Notes: generated from the sequence alone by a model not told the origin. Numbered from the stretch's first letter, positions 11,700-25,560 are shown. The stretch: DNA of 64,000 nt from Octopus vulgaris (GCA_951406725.2 OX597817.1:136524001-136588000), one strand, 5' to 3'. Program-made: numbers and translations.

Positions 11700-12080
11700 A
11701 GAAATAAGAAGTTTGCTTCTCAATCACATAGTTCTGGTTTCAATCCCACTGCATGGTGCCTTGGGCAAGTGTCTTCTACTATAGCTCAGGCTGACCAAAT
11801 CCTTGTGAATGGATTTGATGGATGGAAACTTAAAGAAGCCCGTCATATATATATTACATGTACGTGTCTTTGTATCTGATTTTGTTCTTCATCACCGCTT
11901 GACAACCAGTGTCGGCGTGTTTCTGTCCTTGTAACCTAGCAGTTTGGCAAAAGGGAGCCAATAGAATATGTCCCAGGCTTAAAAAAAATATGTGCTGGAG
12001 TCGATTCATTTGAATAAGAATTCTTCAAGGCAGCACCCAGCATGGCCGTAGTCCAGTGACTGAAACAAACAAAAGAATAA
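11700..12080 (+). mobile_element. tRNA-derived SINE (family A)
   Basis: Homologous to 3515-3895. Confidence 0.8.
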
Positions 12081-13939
12081 ACGATATATGTTGGTTGAAA
12101 ATGTTATAATTCATTGAGGTTTATATTTGAATTAAATTAATTGGTGTGTCACTTTGTGGCTGCTTAAATCATTTAAGATGATTGAAACCGATTTTAGAGA
12201 CCGACACTTCTGCACTGAGAAAATTTGAAAGTTATTTATAAATGGTGGTGTTGAACTTTTTAAACATGTAGTATCATGGAAAAATATACATTGTATGATT
12301 GGTGGTATTTTTGATGATGTTTATGTTTTGAAAATTCTCTAATTTTGAAGTGTGGTGTACATGTAGCAGGTTTCTCTTGTAGGCTTAAAATATCTCAGTG
12401 TGAGCACTAAAGATCAAAGAGGAGACTTATGGATATATTTTATCCATCTTTACTATTGTTACTTAACACAGGTTAGACATTGCTGTCACTGTTATCATGT
12501 TAACTAGCAGGCCCTACCAGGTGTTATATGTAGGAGACTTCCACACCCTAAAAGTTGATGAAAACCCTTAAACTCTATTGATGTTATTGGTAGGGACACA
12601 CAACATAGAACTGAGAATCTGTCAATGATAATGAAGGACAGAGATGCTTGGCACAGCATTGTTACATCTCTGTTGTGGCCACATATAATTGATCATCTTA
12701 AAACTATGGTGGCCCTGGTGTAATGTAAAAGTTTAATTGAATATTTGCTGTATAGGAGTAGCAAAATTGTAAAAATATTTCTCATGCTTTGAATGGGTTA
12801 ATCAATTTGTTAAAAAACAGATGAGAACTGAAGTCATCATTGAATGTGTTAATGTAAGACTATCACCTGAACTTAAAATTTACTATGAGTGGTGGCAGTC
12901 ATGGGGTTGAGCTTCCTGAACAGTGAAGCGGTGTAAATATATTGAATAGCTATGACCTGGGAATGAAACTAGTCGATGAATGCAACTCACCTTTAACTCT
13001 CTATCAAATAATATATTTGTGTAGGTGTGTATGGGGGGATTGGAGGAAGGTAAATATAGAAACTGATTCCATTGTTTAATCAACTGTCAATGGTCACCTT
13101 CTCAGCAAGAGTACAATATCAGATAAACACACACACACACATATATCATATAAACATCAAAAGCATAGTGAGATATCTTCAATATTACAGCAAAATAACA
13201 TCAGCATTGTTAATGGTATATACCAAGAGATTGTTTCGCACTGCGTCAACAAACCCATTGCAAAACATCAATAGCACAGTGAAATTGTTGTTGACAAGTG
13301 TACCATTGCAAAATAATGTCAGTCACCACACTAGAACAATACTGTCCCTCTAATAACAAAATAACATCGATACTGTAACAAAAATAGTTTCTTGGTTTCT
13401 ACTTGAGAATGAAGCCATGATAAATTAACACTAAAAATTAATGGCCAGGTAAAGCCCTGCCACGCCCTTTGCAAAACATGGGAGAAAAATTACAAGAGAG
13501 ACAATAAAAAGTGAATAATCTACCTGTCTGTCTGTTCGTCTGTCGCTTGTCTCATGCATCCATCCATCTACTTATCTATCTGTCAATGCATCCATTTTTC
13601 CACCTGTCTATGTGCGTCTCTCTATGTGATTTTTATACATATAATGCTATATTGACACCTTTAGATCTGTATCTACAGCCATACATACATACACACACAC
13701 ACACAGCATGGTCGTTTTGTAGTTTACCAGCCCCTCCTATACAGAAACACTTAGATGTGGATATATGTGTGTGTGTGTGTGTGTATGTGTGTGTGTGCAT
13801 GCATACACACACACACACGCACGCACACACATATGCACATAATGTTCATTTCCGGCTATCACCTTGTACCATTGACTTTTTTCTCTCCATCAGATGCAAA
13901 TAACTGGCTACAGTGGTAAACAATTTGCTATAACATTTA

Positions 13940-14685
13940 TTGTTGTTGTTGTTACTGCTGCCATTGCTGCTGCTGCTGCTGCTGCGGCTAAACAAACATT
14001 CACCACAATAAAACTAAATGCAACAATAATAATCAGGTCAGTTTGAATGTAAAAGCACCTCTACGTCAACAACAACAACAACAACAACAGCAACAAAGAC
14101 AACAACGATAATTCGGTCATCTCTATAGAAGCATTGTTACCTTTCAGTTATTGTTTATTTTAATCTTGTGATTGTTGTTGTTGTTGTTGCCGTTTTGTTT
14201 GTTTTAGAACGCTGTTAGTAATTGCGTGTAAGATCAGTTCTGCTGCTTTACAACAACAACAACAGCAACAACTATAGTAATAATAGCTTTTGTTGTATTA
14301 GCCATGGTGGTGATGATTATGATGATGATGATGATGATCTGCAATAACAACAACAACATTAAAAACAACAACAGAACAATTGCTGCAATGATTGTGACTA
14401 TAAAAGCAATAAGAAAATTAGCTGCAGCAGTAACAACAACAACAACGGCTACAAAGCTTACAAGAACAGTATTAAGCACAACAATGGCTATAGTAATAAC
14501 AACAACAACAACAACAAGAACAACAACTGTAGAAGAATAATAATAAGTTGGAGTGGAAGCAAAAACAACATGGAAGATAATGGCAAAAACAACTTTAATA
14601 TAATAACTGCAGCTGTCACAACAGGAACAACAGGGACGACGACGACAACAACAACTTTAATACTGGTACAACAACATAATGACGA

Positions 14686-14719
<34 letters not shown>

Positions 14720-14725
14720 GGTGGT
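13940..14725. repeat. Low-complexity region of mixed trinucleotide repeats (AAC, GCT, GAT, GGT)
   Basis: Direct reading; no sustained credible ORF. Confidence 0.8.
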
Positions 14726-15040
14726 TGCTAAGTCTTGGCAGAAAGCCACATATTTTGGAGAAAGAGTGAAGACAAGTTAATCAACCCCTCCTCCCCTCTT
14801 CAGTACTTGACTGGTTTTCACTTTATTGACCCAGGGTTAATAACAAGCAAAAGAAAAGAAAGAATCAAACTCAGCATGATTTGAACTCAAAATGCAAAGA
14901 ATTTGGCCGGTCACTTTAACATTGCTGCTACTTCACTACTATGATGATGATGATGATGATGATAAAAACACAGTATATTACTGGTACTTTTTATTGACTT
15001 TGGGGAGGTGAGAGGTAAACTTAGACATAATTATTATTAC

Positions 15041-15700
15041 ATTGTGTCCACTAGCTCTCCACCATCACCACCACCACCACCACCACTGCCACTAGCCCTC
15101 CACCGCCACAATCACCATTATGTCCACTAGCCCTCCACCACCACCACCATTGTGTCCACTAGCCCTCCACTACCACCACCACCACCACCATTGTGCCCAC
15201 TAGCTCTCCACCACCACCATTGTGCCCACTAGCTCTCCACCACCACCATTGTGCCCACTAACCCTCCACCACCACCATTGTGCCCACTAACCCTCCACCA
15301 CCACCACCACCACCACCATTGTACCCACTAGCTCTCCACCACCATTGTGCCCACTAGCTCTCCACCACCACCATTGTGCCCACTAGCTCTCCACCACCAC
15401 CACCATTGTGCCCACTATCCTTCCACCACCATTGTGCCCAGTAGCCCTCCACCACCACCACCATTGTGCCCACTAGCCCTCCACCACCACCATTGTACCC
15501 ACTAGCCCACCACTACCACCACCATTGTGCCCACTAGTCCACCACTACCACCACCATTGTGTCCACTAGCCCTCCACCACCATTGTGCCCACTAGCCCTC
15601 CACCAACACTACCACCATTGTGCCCACTTACCCTCCACCACCACTAGTCCACTAATCTACTGCCATCACCTTTGTGTTCGCCAGTTTTCTACCACCAATA
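15041..15700. repeat. Minisatellite, about 20 units of TTGTGCCCACTAGCYCT plus (CCA)n of variable length
   Basis: 17-nt core separated by variable CCA runs; unit length 17+3n, so the repeat is not frame-preserving. Confidence 0.92.
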
Positions 15701-16599
15701 CACTTCTGCAGCAATTCTTCCTTCCTCATTAATAATAATAATAATGTTTTGTAACTAGAAGGCGAAGGGTTAGAGTTAATTAAATAGTAATATAACAACA
15801 ATAACCTTAACAAACCTCTCTACCATGACCACCACTAACAAGGTAACTTTTATATGCTAAACTTGACCTGTTAGAACCATCTGTGAAATGGAACTGAAAT
15901 TATAGTGTTTCGTCTTGTAAACAAGGAAGGCATTGGATAAAGCAGTCCTGGGTTCTCTGTACAGAATAGGTAGCTGGAGTGATGGTCATGGTTGGCAGGT
16001 TTTTGATCATAAGTTTGCTTGGCAGGGTGGCCTGAGGCTAAGCGAAACCGACAACTCTACCATCACCACCAAGAACAACACTTCCAATAACAACTTCATC
16101 ACCACCATCATTATCATCATCACTACCAACACCAAGAAGAAGAAGAAGAAGAAGAAGAAGTGCAGGAATAATGGTAACAAACAAAATAATAGCTGCAGGA
16201 GTAACAAGAAGAAAGCAACAACACTAATAACAAGGTAAAGAAGGCTGTCGAATAATAATAAGAACAAGAACAACAACAGCAATAAGGACATCCTTTCTCT
16301 GGTGGTTGATAATTTCTTTTGACTATTATTATTGTCAACCCCACATCTACCCCACTCCATCTTGCCACCACTTTCTAGTTTTATCAGGGACAGCAGTAAC
16401 AACAACAACGACAACAACAACAGCAGCAGCAGGTGAGTCAACAGCAGTGTCAGCTACAATAACAGCAACAAGAACAATTGAGTGTATTTAACATTAACAA
16501 CAACAACAACAACACTGTCTAATAAAATTGAAGCAACAATAACAACTTCTAACAACAATAATTAAGAGTTAACTCAAACAACAGCAACAACACCACAAC

Positions 16600-17000
16600 C
16601 ACAACGGTTACCTCTTGAATGTGCAGCAGTGAAAAACAACAACATTTCACTGTTCTTGTTGTTGTTGTTGTTGTTGTTGTGTGCATCTCTCTCTCTCCTC
16701 ACCTTTCCGCCCCCCTCCCCCCCACGTCCCCCTCTCTCTCTCTCTCAGGAAGTGTTGGTCTAGAACCAAATAGTTCTGTAGAAGATGATTATGATGTTGT
16801 GTCTTCGTGTTTGTGTAGATGTGGAGAGAGAGAGAACGGGGGAGGAGAGAGAATGTTTATTATTTAAAACACTAGTAAACAAACAACAACAGCAACTACT
16901 ACCACCACAACAACCACGACTACCACTACTACTACTACTACTACAATGCCCCCCTCCTCCTCCGCCGCCGCAGTGGTGGTGGTAGGAAATATTATAAATA
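16600..17000. promoter_or_regulatory. Putative (bidirectional) promoter / first-exon region
   Basis: GC-box-like CCGCCCCC, C-runs and (CT)n/(GA)n tracts; strand composition switches from A/C-rich on the left to T-rich on the right; outward-facing donor-like sites; no interspersed repeats recognised from about 15.7 to 20.8 kb. Confidence 0.35.
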
Positions 17001-17054
17001 ATATAAACTGACATTCATCATTTATCATGATATATTCAGCTGTTTACTCCTTCC

Positions 17055-17089
<35 letters not shown>

Positions 17090-17967
17090 CTCCTTTTCCT
17101 TTTGCTTCATCTCTCTCTTTCTCTCCTCCTCCTCCCCCCCCACTTCACTCCACCTCCACTTCCCGCCATCCCACCTTCTTGTATATTTATTTATTTATTT
17201 ATAGATTGTTTATCTGGTTTTTTTTTCTTCTTTTCCTCTTTTTCTCTAGTATCTGACGGTGGTGGGGGAGGTGAGAAGGTTTTTATTCTTTTTCCCTTTT
17301 TATTTTATTTTTTTTTTCCTTTTATGAATAATTTTCTGTTCCTTCATTCATCCTCTTCACTTTTTGTGTCTGCCTCCTCCGCCAACCCCCCACCACCAAT
17401 TCTGTCTTTTAATTTGTTGATCAGTAAATAAATATAGTTCTGCCTATGTTTGTCTTGCGCTTGTGTGCGTGTGTATGTTATATTACACACCTACACACAC
17501 ATATTTGCATGTATGTACGTATGCATCTACATACGCTATAATGCAGTGCAGCATTGGCTGTGTGTGTGTGCACATAGTATGGTCCTCTGTGAGTGTGTAT
17601 ATATGTGTGTGTGTGTGTATGTATGTTTGTTTGTTTGTCCTATTTTTATGGAGTATTGGCTGAGAAGTTCAGAAAACGACCAAGTTAAACTTGTACTCAC
17701 TAACATTCACACACACACGCATACATGCACACACATATACACGCACACAATTTTATTTACACAGAAATATAGATAAACATTAACACACCCCAAAAACACG
17801 TTACTATGGTTACTGTAATATTTATTTCTATTTACTTGTATTTACAATTTTCTCCCCTTTTTTTTCTGACTGGTGAAGGTAGTAGTAGCTGCAATGGAAG
17901 CAGGGGGTAGTGGTGGTTATAATAGAAATAGTCTTAATAACAGATGAATTTTAATTAACACACTCAC

Positions 17968-18021
<54 letters not shown>

Positions 18022-18516
18022 TTCTTGTTTATATATGTGGTGGTTTATATTGGTTATTGCACAGATGTGAACCCAGTTAAATTTTAACATTTACACCTAC
18101 TGTCTCTCCCCCCCCTCCTTGTGTTGTGTCTAAGGTTTATTCATGAGCAGAATTGTTCTTATACTATAATGGAAGGAGATTTAAGTGAATTTACTTAATA
18201 TTTTCTTCTGAAAGGAGAGTGGGGGAGTGCTGTATATATGTATATCTTGTTTACTTGATGAATACCTTGTTGTTTGGACATCTCAATATATTTATCATTA
18301 AAGCTTTAAACCTTTGAGCAGTCGCTCTATCAAAGCGCATTCACTGCCCAGGCATCCATTATTTGCTAATGCATTTATCTTTGGACAAGATAAACTGTAT
18401 TTCTTCTCAATTGGTCAATTATTTAGGATGTGTATACACACACACACACACACACACACATTTTTGTATGTAGGGTTGTTAGTCTCCTCTTTTATTGTCT
18501 GTCTTGTTGTGTGTAC

Positions 18517-18564
<48 letters not shown>

Positions 18565-19085
18565 TATTTATTTTATATTTCTGTAAATATCTGGATGGAA
18601 GTTAGGCTCTTCAAATCTTCAGAATATTTCTATAGATATTGGTTGGTATGTAATAGGTAGTCAGTACAATGATTTATAAAATCTAACATATATATATATA
18701 TAAAGTTATTATTATTGATATTTAATGGGATGTTGTTTCATTCATGCTTCTGTTGAGGACATTGAAACTGTGAGACAAAAAAAAAAAACCCATTGAAATC
18801 AGTTTGGGAATTTTATTTAGAGGGGGTTTTAAGTAGAGTAAAATTATAATTTGTACCTGCACTCTAAGATTTCTTAGTATTTGTGACATTGTATCTTTTT
18901 AATAATGATTTACTGGTGGTAAGGATCTTGTGATTATAATCTGCTTTATCTTTCAGTGTCTCTCTCTACTTTATAAAAATTTTGTTGTGTGATAACATCT
19001 AACTTTATTTAACTTTATTATTCTGTTCCTTGGTATTATGTATTTGTTATTATTTCTTATTGTAGTCATAATTTTGTTGTTACAG

Positions 19086-19289
19086 TCAGTTTTCGTGTTG
19101 GTATGGTGATTGGCAAGCATGAAATTTTGGACCTTCACAGGTCTTTTGTTATTGGTAGCATTGATATGGTTGACATTTAGATTCAACAACAGTAAAATGA
19201 TGCAGACAGGAACCCCAGAGAATAAAAATTTTGGGAGTGATGAGAGCATAACAAACCGTTGCATTAGGTAGGCTTGCTGGAGGTGATAT
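19086..19289 (+). other. Candidate exon (5' UTR or small-ORF exon)
   Basis: TTTTGTTGTTACAG acceptor; donor AT|GTAAGT after 19289, with alternative AG|GTAGGC after 19267. Confidence 0.45.
19119..19271 (+). CDS. Putative 50-aa small ORF with N-terminal signal/anchor segment
   Basis: MKFWTFTGLLLLVALIWLTFRFNNSKMMQTGTPENKNFGSDESITNRCIR*; lies within the candidate exon; below the ORF-track cutoff. Confidence 0.3.
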   Translation: MKFWTFTGLLLLVALIWLTFRFNNSKMMQTGTPENKNFGSDESITNRCIR

Positions 19290-20879
19290 GTAAGTAATTT
19301 CTGAGCAGTTGTTGTAGTAGTAGTAGTACAATAGGCATAATGAGGAGACATCACATGTCTGTGAGCCAAAAGTTATACTGAGTTGGTGTGTGAATTTTTG
19401 TTTTTCATTGTGCTGGTCTCCTTTTGAATAGAGTCTAAGATGTTTGCAGTAGAGGCAGTACTAGCACCATTCCAGATGTAGTTACACTATACCATTGTAG
19501 GTCTCATTAAGGTCTTGTAGAGAATTAACAATTGTTTGAAGATGGCAGCTTGACTTTATGATGCAGTTTTTGCTACATATTCTATCCATATGCTTGTTGT
19601 TATGTACCAAGTAATGTTAAGTAAAAATGATATTGTAAATAATTATTATTTCCTTGTTATTCATTTCTTATTTGTAGAATTATTTTATTGTTCTGCTGGT
19701 ATCGGTTGCACTGAGTCTTCCTTATTGTATCTCTCCTTTATATTTGTTTTTGTTTTTCTTTGCAAATGCAAAATATTTTCTTTTCCATGTTTTTGTGGAA
19801 GCTGCTAGACTCTGAATTTCAAATTGTAAAATGAAAAGAAAGGCTACCTTTTTTAGGTACCTTGCTAAAGAGTAGTTCTCTTAATTTTAACGAACTCTCT
19901 CAGACTTGAGACGTTAATCTGATTGGTGTTTGGCTTGAAATTCTATAAGTTGATGCTGCTTGTTGGGAAAAGGTTGGCAAGGAATGGATTGTTGGCAGAA
20001 GCAGTTTTAGAAAGGAATATGGTAATGTATCATATGGAGTTTGGACAGAAAATAAGGCGGAAGAATATAGGTTGGTTTGAGTGCGGGTGGGTCCACAGCA
20101 AATGCTTCCTGATGAACAAAAGCCATTATTGCAGCATTTATAAAGGATGGAAAGGGGAACTGATAGGTTTGTGGGCTGGTGATTGCAATATATTGCAGTG
20201 AGTTAGCTATGGGTATAGTGTATTGAGAGTGGTTGTGCTGGTTATCTTTGCCAATAAACTATTTTTTAATCTACATTAAAATGTTTGTTTCTGTATAGCA
20301 AAAAGCACTGCTGTAGATATAGCTACAAGATTATTATGTGGGTTCTTTTTGTACTTTTTAGAGGGTCAGCAATTGATCTTAGCAGTATGTAATCCACTCC
20401 TCTCAAATATTGCTGTGGTGTGAGCAACAACCACAACACTTGTGTAGTTACTGAAAACCAAATCCTTATTCAAATCTCTATCAGACTCAGTCAATTGAAA
20501 GACTTGTCTAAGGTTGAGAAGTAATGTCACCCCTGTTTCCATTGAACTTGTCCAGATCCACAGCAAAAATTGTATTCAATCTTGTAAAGTTACTGTTAGA
20601 ATTATTAGTTTTTACAGAGTTCATCATTGTTTACAACATTGCACATTTTCAGACAAAACAAACATGTATTGAAGAAAATCTAATTAAAACTGAGCATACA
20701 AACAAAGCTATATATGATTTCCGCTAGAGAATAACAGTCATCCAGCCACAGTAGAATTTCTAAAGCTGGCCAACAAAATACATATAGGAACTGAATGGTT
20801 AACCATCTTAAAACTGGAGGAAATATTTGTAGGAAGTATTGACTGCAGTGAAATGTGAAGTCACCCACATGAAACTGTA

Positions 20880-21066
20880 AAGCTTTTAAACTGGGCCATA
20901 TCTTATGTTCAAAGTGGCCAGGTTAAACCTCTCATACCTACCCAACAATTTCATTCTAAAAAATATATAATCACATCATCAAAATCTCAAAGCTGCATGA
21001 TTAATTCAACACAGTATGAATAAATAAGCATTACATTTCACGGAGTAATCTGAATGTTAAAGGGTT
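20880..21066. mobile_element. Degenerate TTAA-type (piggyBac-like) MITE
   Basis: Homologous to 47158-47360 and inverted 50879-51105; ends CTGAATGTTAAAGGGTT. Confidence 0.6.
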
Positions 21067-22420
21067 GAAAAGGTTTACAAATTTAGAAGGGTGGTGACTT
21101 CTATTGTAATAAACAAGTGCACAACATTAAAATCAACACACACACACACACTGTCAATCAATCACCATTTCACACAACATGTTAACCAAGTAGCCATAAC
21201 CTCTACATGATTGCTCAACCTGTCAGAGATCAAATCTCGCTCAAATTACACTCTACCATCATAAATAAAGAAGGATACAATGGATAGTTTTAGACATACC
21301 AACAACAGATACCCAGGTACATTTAGCTGATGATGAAGTGTGATTTTACTTGGCCATATAGTCTTAAACATAGCCAACAACAACAACTAACAACCTATCC
21401 AATTAGAACAGATACAACAGACACCTACTAACAGATATCTGAATATTTGACTGTGAGTTTAGTTGGCCATAAACTAGTTGCCTCATCATGTTGCTGACAA
21501 TGCATCATCAATGAAGGACACCAGAGAAGCATTTCCCAGAAATACACAATAACATTTTAGATAGGAAAATTCTGGAAAATGTTAATATAAAACGATAAAA
21601 ATGGAGCGTTTAATGGGTGTGGAATGTGTCTCTATGCAGAAAGTAAATCTTGTTGTCAATAGACTAGCAATGAGCAAATCATGAAAGCTGAGATAATTAT
21701 TGAACAGTTATATAACATGACCTTTCGTATCTCTTTTCTATTGGTCACACACAGATGTCAGACTGTGCTAGGTACGACCAATATTCAATATATATTCAAA
21801 TGCAAAAGATAAAAATGAACATTTGTAATCGACAGCAAACCTTGAAAAATAAATGTTGGACAATTGTGGTACTCTTTCTGTTCTATTATACAGACAGATG
21901 GTGGTACTCTTTGTTTGGTGCTGTGGTACTCTTTCTGTGGTTCTATGAACGCTATACATAGCATTCTGGAAAAAGGAAAACTAATTAAGAATTAAAAGAA
22001 ATTGTTCTTTTATACAACTTGCAAATGGTGTGTATATATATATATGTGTGTGTGTGTGTGAGAGAGAGAGAGTTCGTATATACCTACATTACATACATTT
22101 ATACAATGTGCAATGTCTATGTACAAGTATATATCACTGTGTGTGTATACATGTCCATACACACAAGTAGATAGTTGTACACACATCACAAACATGTGCA
22201 CATGTTTTTGTCACATCACATTTCTGGATTTCTTTCTAATGTATCATATATTCTATTTTTGTTGATCTTGTGGCAAATAATGTTATTTTTGTCGTCCTGG
22301 TCATCATCATTATCACCATCATCATTGTTATTATAAATGTTATTGTTATTTGTTAGTGTTATTTCTATTTTCATCAAATCATGTTTGTTGTAACCAATTC
22401 CTATTTTTCACCATTTTCTT

Positions 22421-22466
<46 letters not shown>

Positions 22467-23466
22467 AGATGACCTTGTCAGTTATTTAAACCCTGCCATA
22501 ACCAATATTTCTTCAGGCTGTCATCATCCTCAATGTTGTTGTTTCCATTTCTACTGTTATAGTTATTAACAATAATCGTTTGTTTATCTTCTACCAGCTG
22601 CAAAACAACTGGCATTGGCTGTTACCAAACAAACATAAAATGTATGGGTAATCAATAAGTAGAGAGAGACTGTGCAAAACAAGAGAAATGGAATCAACTT
22701 GTCACAATCTCTGTGTCAGCCAGTGTAGTAGTGTATTAGGATTTGAGTTGCTTCAATGGAATGAATGCTATAAAAAGGAGGAGGAGGGTGAGGAGGAGGA
22801 TTAAAGATAAGAGAAGCAAACTTTTAGTAAGCAAATAAAAACCTGCATTCTGACACAAAACTCATATTTTTGTGTCACCATAATCATCATTAGATTTTTG
22901 AGAACATAATTCTCTCTGCTGACATAGGTTGAATCGGTTTGTGAAATTGCTTTTCAATAGCTGTCTCTGTTCTTCAGAATCTAACCACGATACTTTAAGG
23001 TCACTTACAGTTCCAAATTGTTTGACTTCCTTCTTACTTTCCTATTGTTTATGACCACGTAACCACAGGCTTTCATGCATTTCTCATTATTAGTGGATGT
23101 CAACTTGTGGCAAGTGTAAATATATGAAACTGTTTGGTCTTCTTTATCTTATAATACTGGAAAATCCTGTAGAGATAATACAGAACTCTACCAACATCTT
23201 TTTATTGAATTAGATGTCTTTCAGACATTTTTTTGTCACAAGATGCTGTATTATTTTTGACATCATTGAGGTAATAAATCACTTGAAACAGCTTACCTGT
23301 AACATCATCTTCATAGTCTGGAATTATAGGAAAAAAGAAAAAAAAAAGATTTGTTTGTTTTCAACAAGTAAAAGACGCCCCAGAGAAAAGACAATTTCAT
23401 TTGTAGGATTATGCCACCAGAGAATCATGTAGACAAGCTACATGGAGGGTCAAAGTTAGGATAATA

Positions 23467-23701
23467 CAGGGTGTTCAAAAAGTCTCTCTGCAGCAAATAT
23501 TTAATGGTTTTCAGGTGATTCTTGTACACTGATCCTTTACTTGCTCACAAGAAAAAAAATGTCTGGTGGTGTTAAATCAAGTGATCATGGTGGCCAAAGT
23601 CCCTTTGAAATAATCTGTTCACCGAAAAACTCTTGAAGTAGTACCATGGTGAGGTGCAGGATGAAAAAGATTTACTGAAAGGAGACTATTTGAACACCCT
23701 G
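23467..23701 (-). mobile_element. Tc1/mariner-superfamily deletion derivative (MITE)
   Basis: TA TSD; TIRs CAGGGTGTTCAAAAAGTCTC / GAGACTATTTGAACACCCTG; minus strand retains WPP*SLDLTPPDIFF (WPPxSPDLxPxD motif). Confidence 0.88.
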
Positions 23702-24609
23702 TATGTAAAATATATATTATGGTAATATTACATCATCCTCTTTTTTCTCCTCTTCCCTTCCATCTTCCTCTCTTCTCCTCCTCTCTTTCTCCTCAGTTTC
23801 TCTCCTTGCTCCTCTTCTTCTCTCCATGCTAGCATAGGTTGGAGCTAATACTCCTAAAGCCCTAGGTGCTTCTGTCATTTGATATGATTTCTACAGATGG
23901 ATGTCCTTCTAGCTGTTGACCACTTTACAGGAGTTCACTGGGTGTATTTTTTTCAGGCACCAACATTAGGAAGTTTGAATAGCCCTACATTTTCTCTGCT
24001 CATTCAGCCAACAACTGAACAGTGTGAGAAGTAGAAGGAAAAGTGATGACAGAAAGGCCAGAAGTGGGTACTGGAGAGTGAGAAAGTAATGACATTAGAA
24101 TGTGTAATGGGTGGGTGGGCTGGTGAAAGGAACAAGAACATGATGGCAAGATGGCAGGGACATGTAGAGAGTGGTGTTAGGAGGAGAGAGATTGCCAGTG
24201 GCAGAGGTAGGTAAAGGTAAGGTCAGGTTGTTAAAGAGAACAACAGTGTGATGGAAAAATACAGGACTATTTAGGTGAAGTTGTGGGAGTGGTTGTCAAT
24301 ACTAGAGGTGGGCATTAAGATAATGATGATAATATGAGAGAGAGAGAGAGAGAGATGGCTGGTAACATAGCATGGTGATGGTCAGATCAATAGGGTGGTC
24401 TGATGCAACCTTCTGTATATATAGGTCAGCTGAAGGGTAAGTGGGAAAGATTGATGATGAAGATATGATCAGCATAGATGGTGTGGAGATGAGAGATGGA
24501 GTGCTATTAAGTGCCAAGGAAGTGACCAAAAGAGAGAAGTGGCCGATATATGAAAGGAGGAGCAGGGTCAAAGATATAAGGTGAAGGGGCAGCCTGCTCT
24601 TCAGTTAGT

Positions 24610-25560
24610 GTGTTGCCATAGGTGAACTTTTACAGTTCGTGCTGTGTAATGCTAATCAATACATTCCTTTGTCATGTGCTCCATGTGATGTTGCATCTTC
24701 ATATCATCCTTTACCACCTTATCCCATGTCTTCCTCAGTCTTTCTCTTCCATTAACTTAGAGCTCATGACACTTCCTTATGTAGCTATCATCATCCATTC
24801 TCATTGCATGCTCACACCAATGCACTCTCCTCTTTTCACAAGATTGAACTTTCCATACCTATTTGTACTCTGGTGTTCATGTACACTAACATCAGAGTGT
24901 GTTTACCTTATTTGATTTACTAGTCTTCTGCTTTCAAGACCTGTCTCACTACCATGCAGCATTGCAGTTCTAACACAAGCATCATGCAATCTACTTTTGA
25001 CTCTGGGGCAAGGAGATTTTTGTTGCCAACAGAGGTAGCAGTTTCTTGAACTTCCTGCAACCATTCTTACTCTGGGTACTATGCTTCCAGAACATCTTTC
25101 TTCAGTGTTAATTAGGTCACTTAAACAACAGAAGTTCTCTCCTACCTCAATGGATCCTCCTGGCCATTTGAGAAAATTCATTTCCTGTGCACTCTGTGTT
25201 TCTTGCTCCTGCACATATTCTACATACAAAGTGTACTTTCTGTTAATCTCCCTTTGATGTTGCTGCACTTCATGTGTATGTTAAGTTTGTGCTGCATACA
25301 CCATATGCTATTTCTACCTACTACTTTCCTGCATACCTAACAAGGCCATTTTGCTGCTTACTTAAAACTTCAGTTTTTACAAAGTCAACTGTTAGGACCT
25401 TCGATTCCAGGTTTTGCTTCCACGCCTGGAATTTCTTTTCTACTTCTAATGCAGGTTCATCTATAATGATGTGGTTATTAGTATATAGGAACTCTCATGG
25501 CATTTGGTCTTAAATGGCTTCATTATGTCATGGAAGGCTACTGCAAATAGGGGGAGGTGA
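24610..25560 (-). mobile_element. Decayed RTE-clade LINE RT fragment
   Basis: Minus strand KKFQAWKQNLESK, EVGENFCCLSDLI, RVKSRLHDACVRTAMLHGSET. Confidence 0.8.

Noticed and set aside
15041-15700. CRISPR-like repeat/spacer appearance
   Set aside because: Spacers are just (CCA)n rather than unique sequences; eukaryotic context with no cas genes
14234-17431. Poly-T/Q/P/L/V/K ORFs suggesting a low-complexity protein
   Set aside because: Trinucleotide repeats open in several frames on both strands, with no domain and no coherent exon chain
21755-21771. Possible 17-nt microexon CAG|ATGTCAGACTGTGCTAG|GTACGA
   Set aside because: Weak donor, not frame-preserving, no other support
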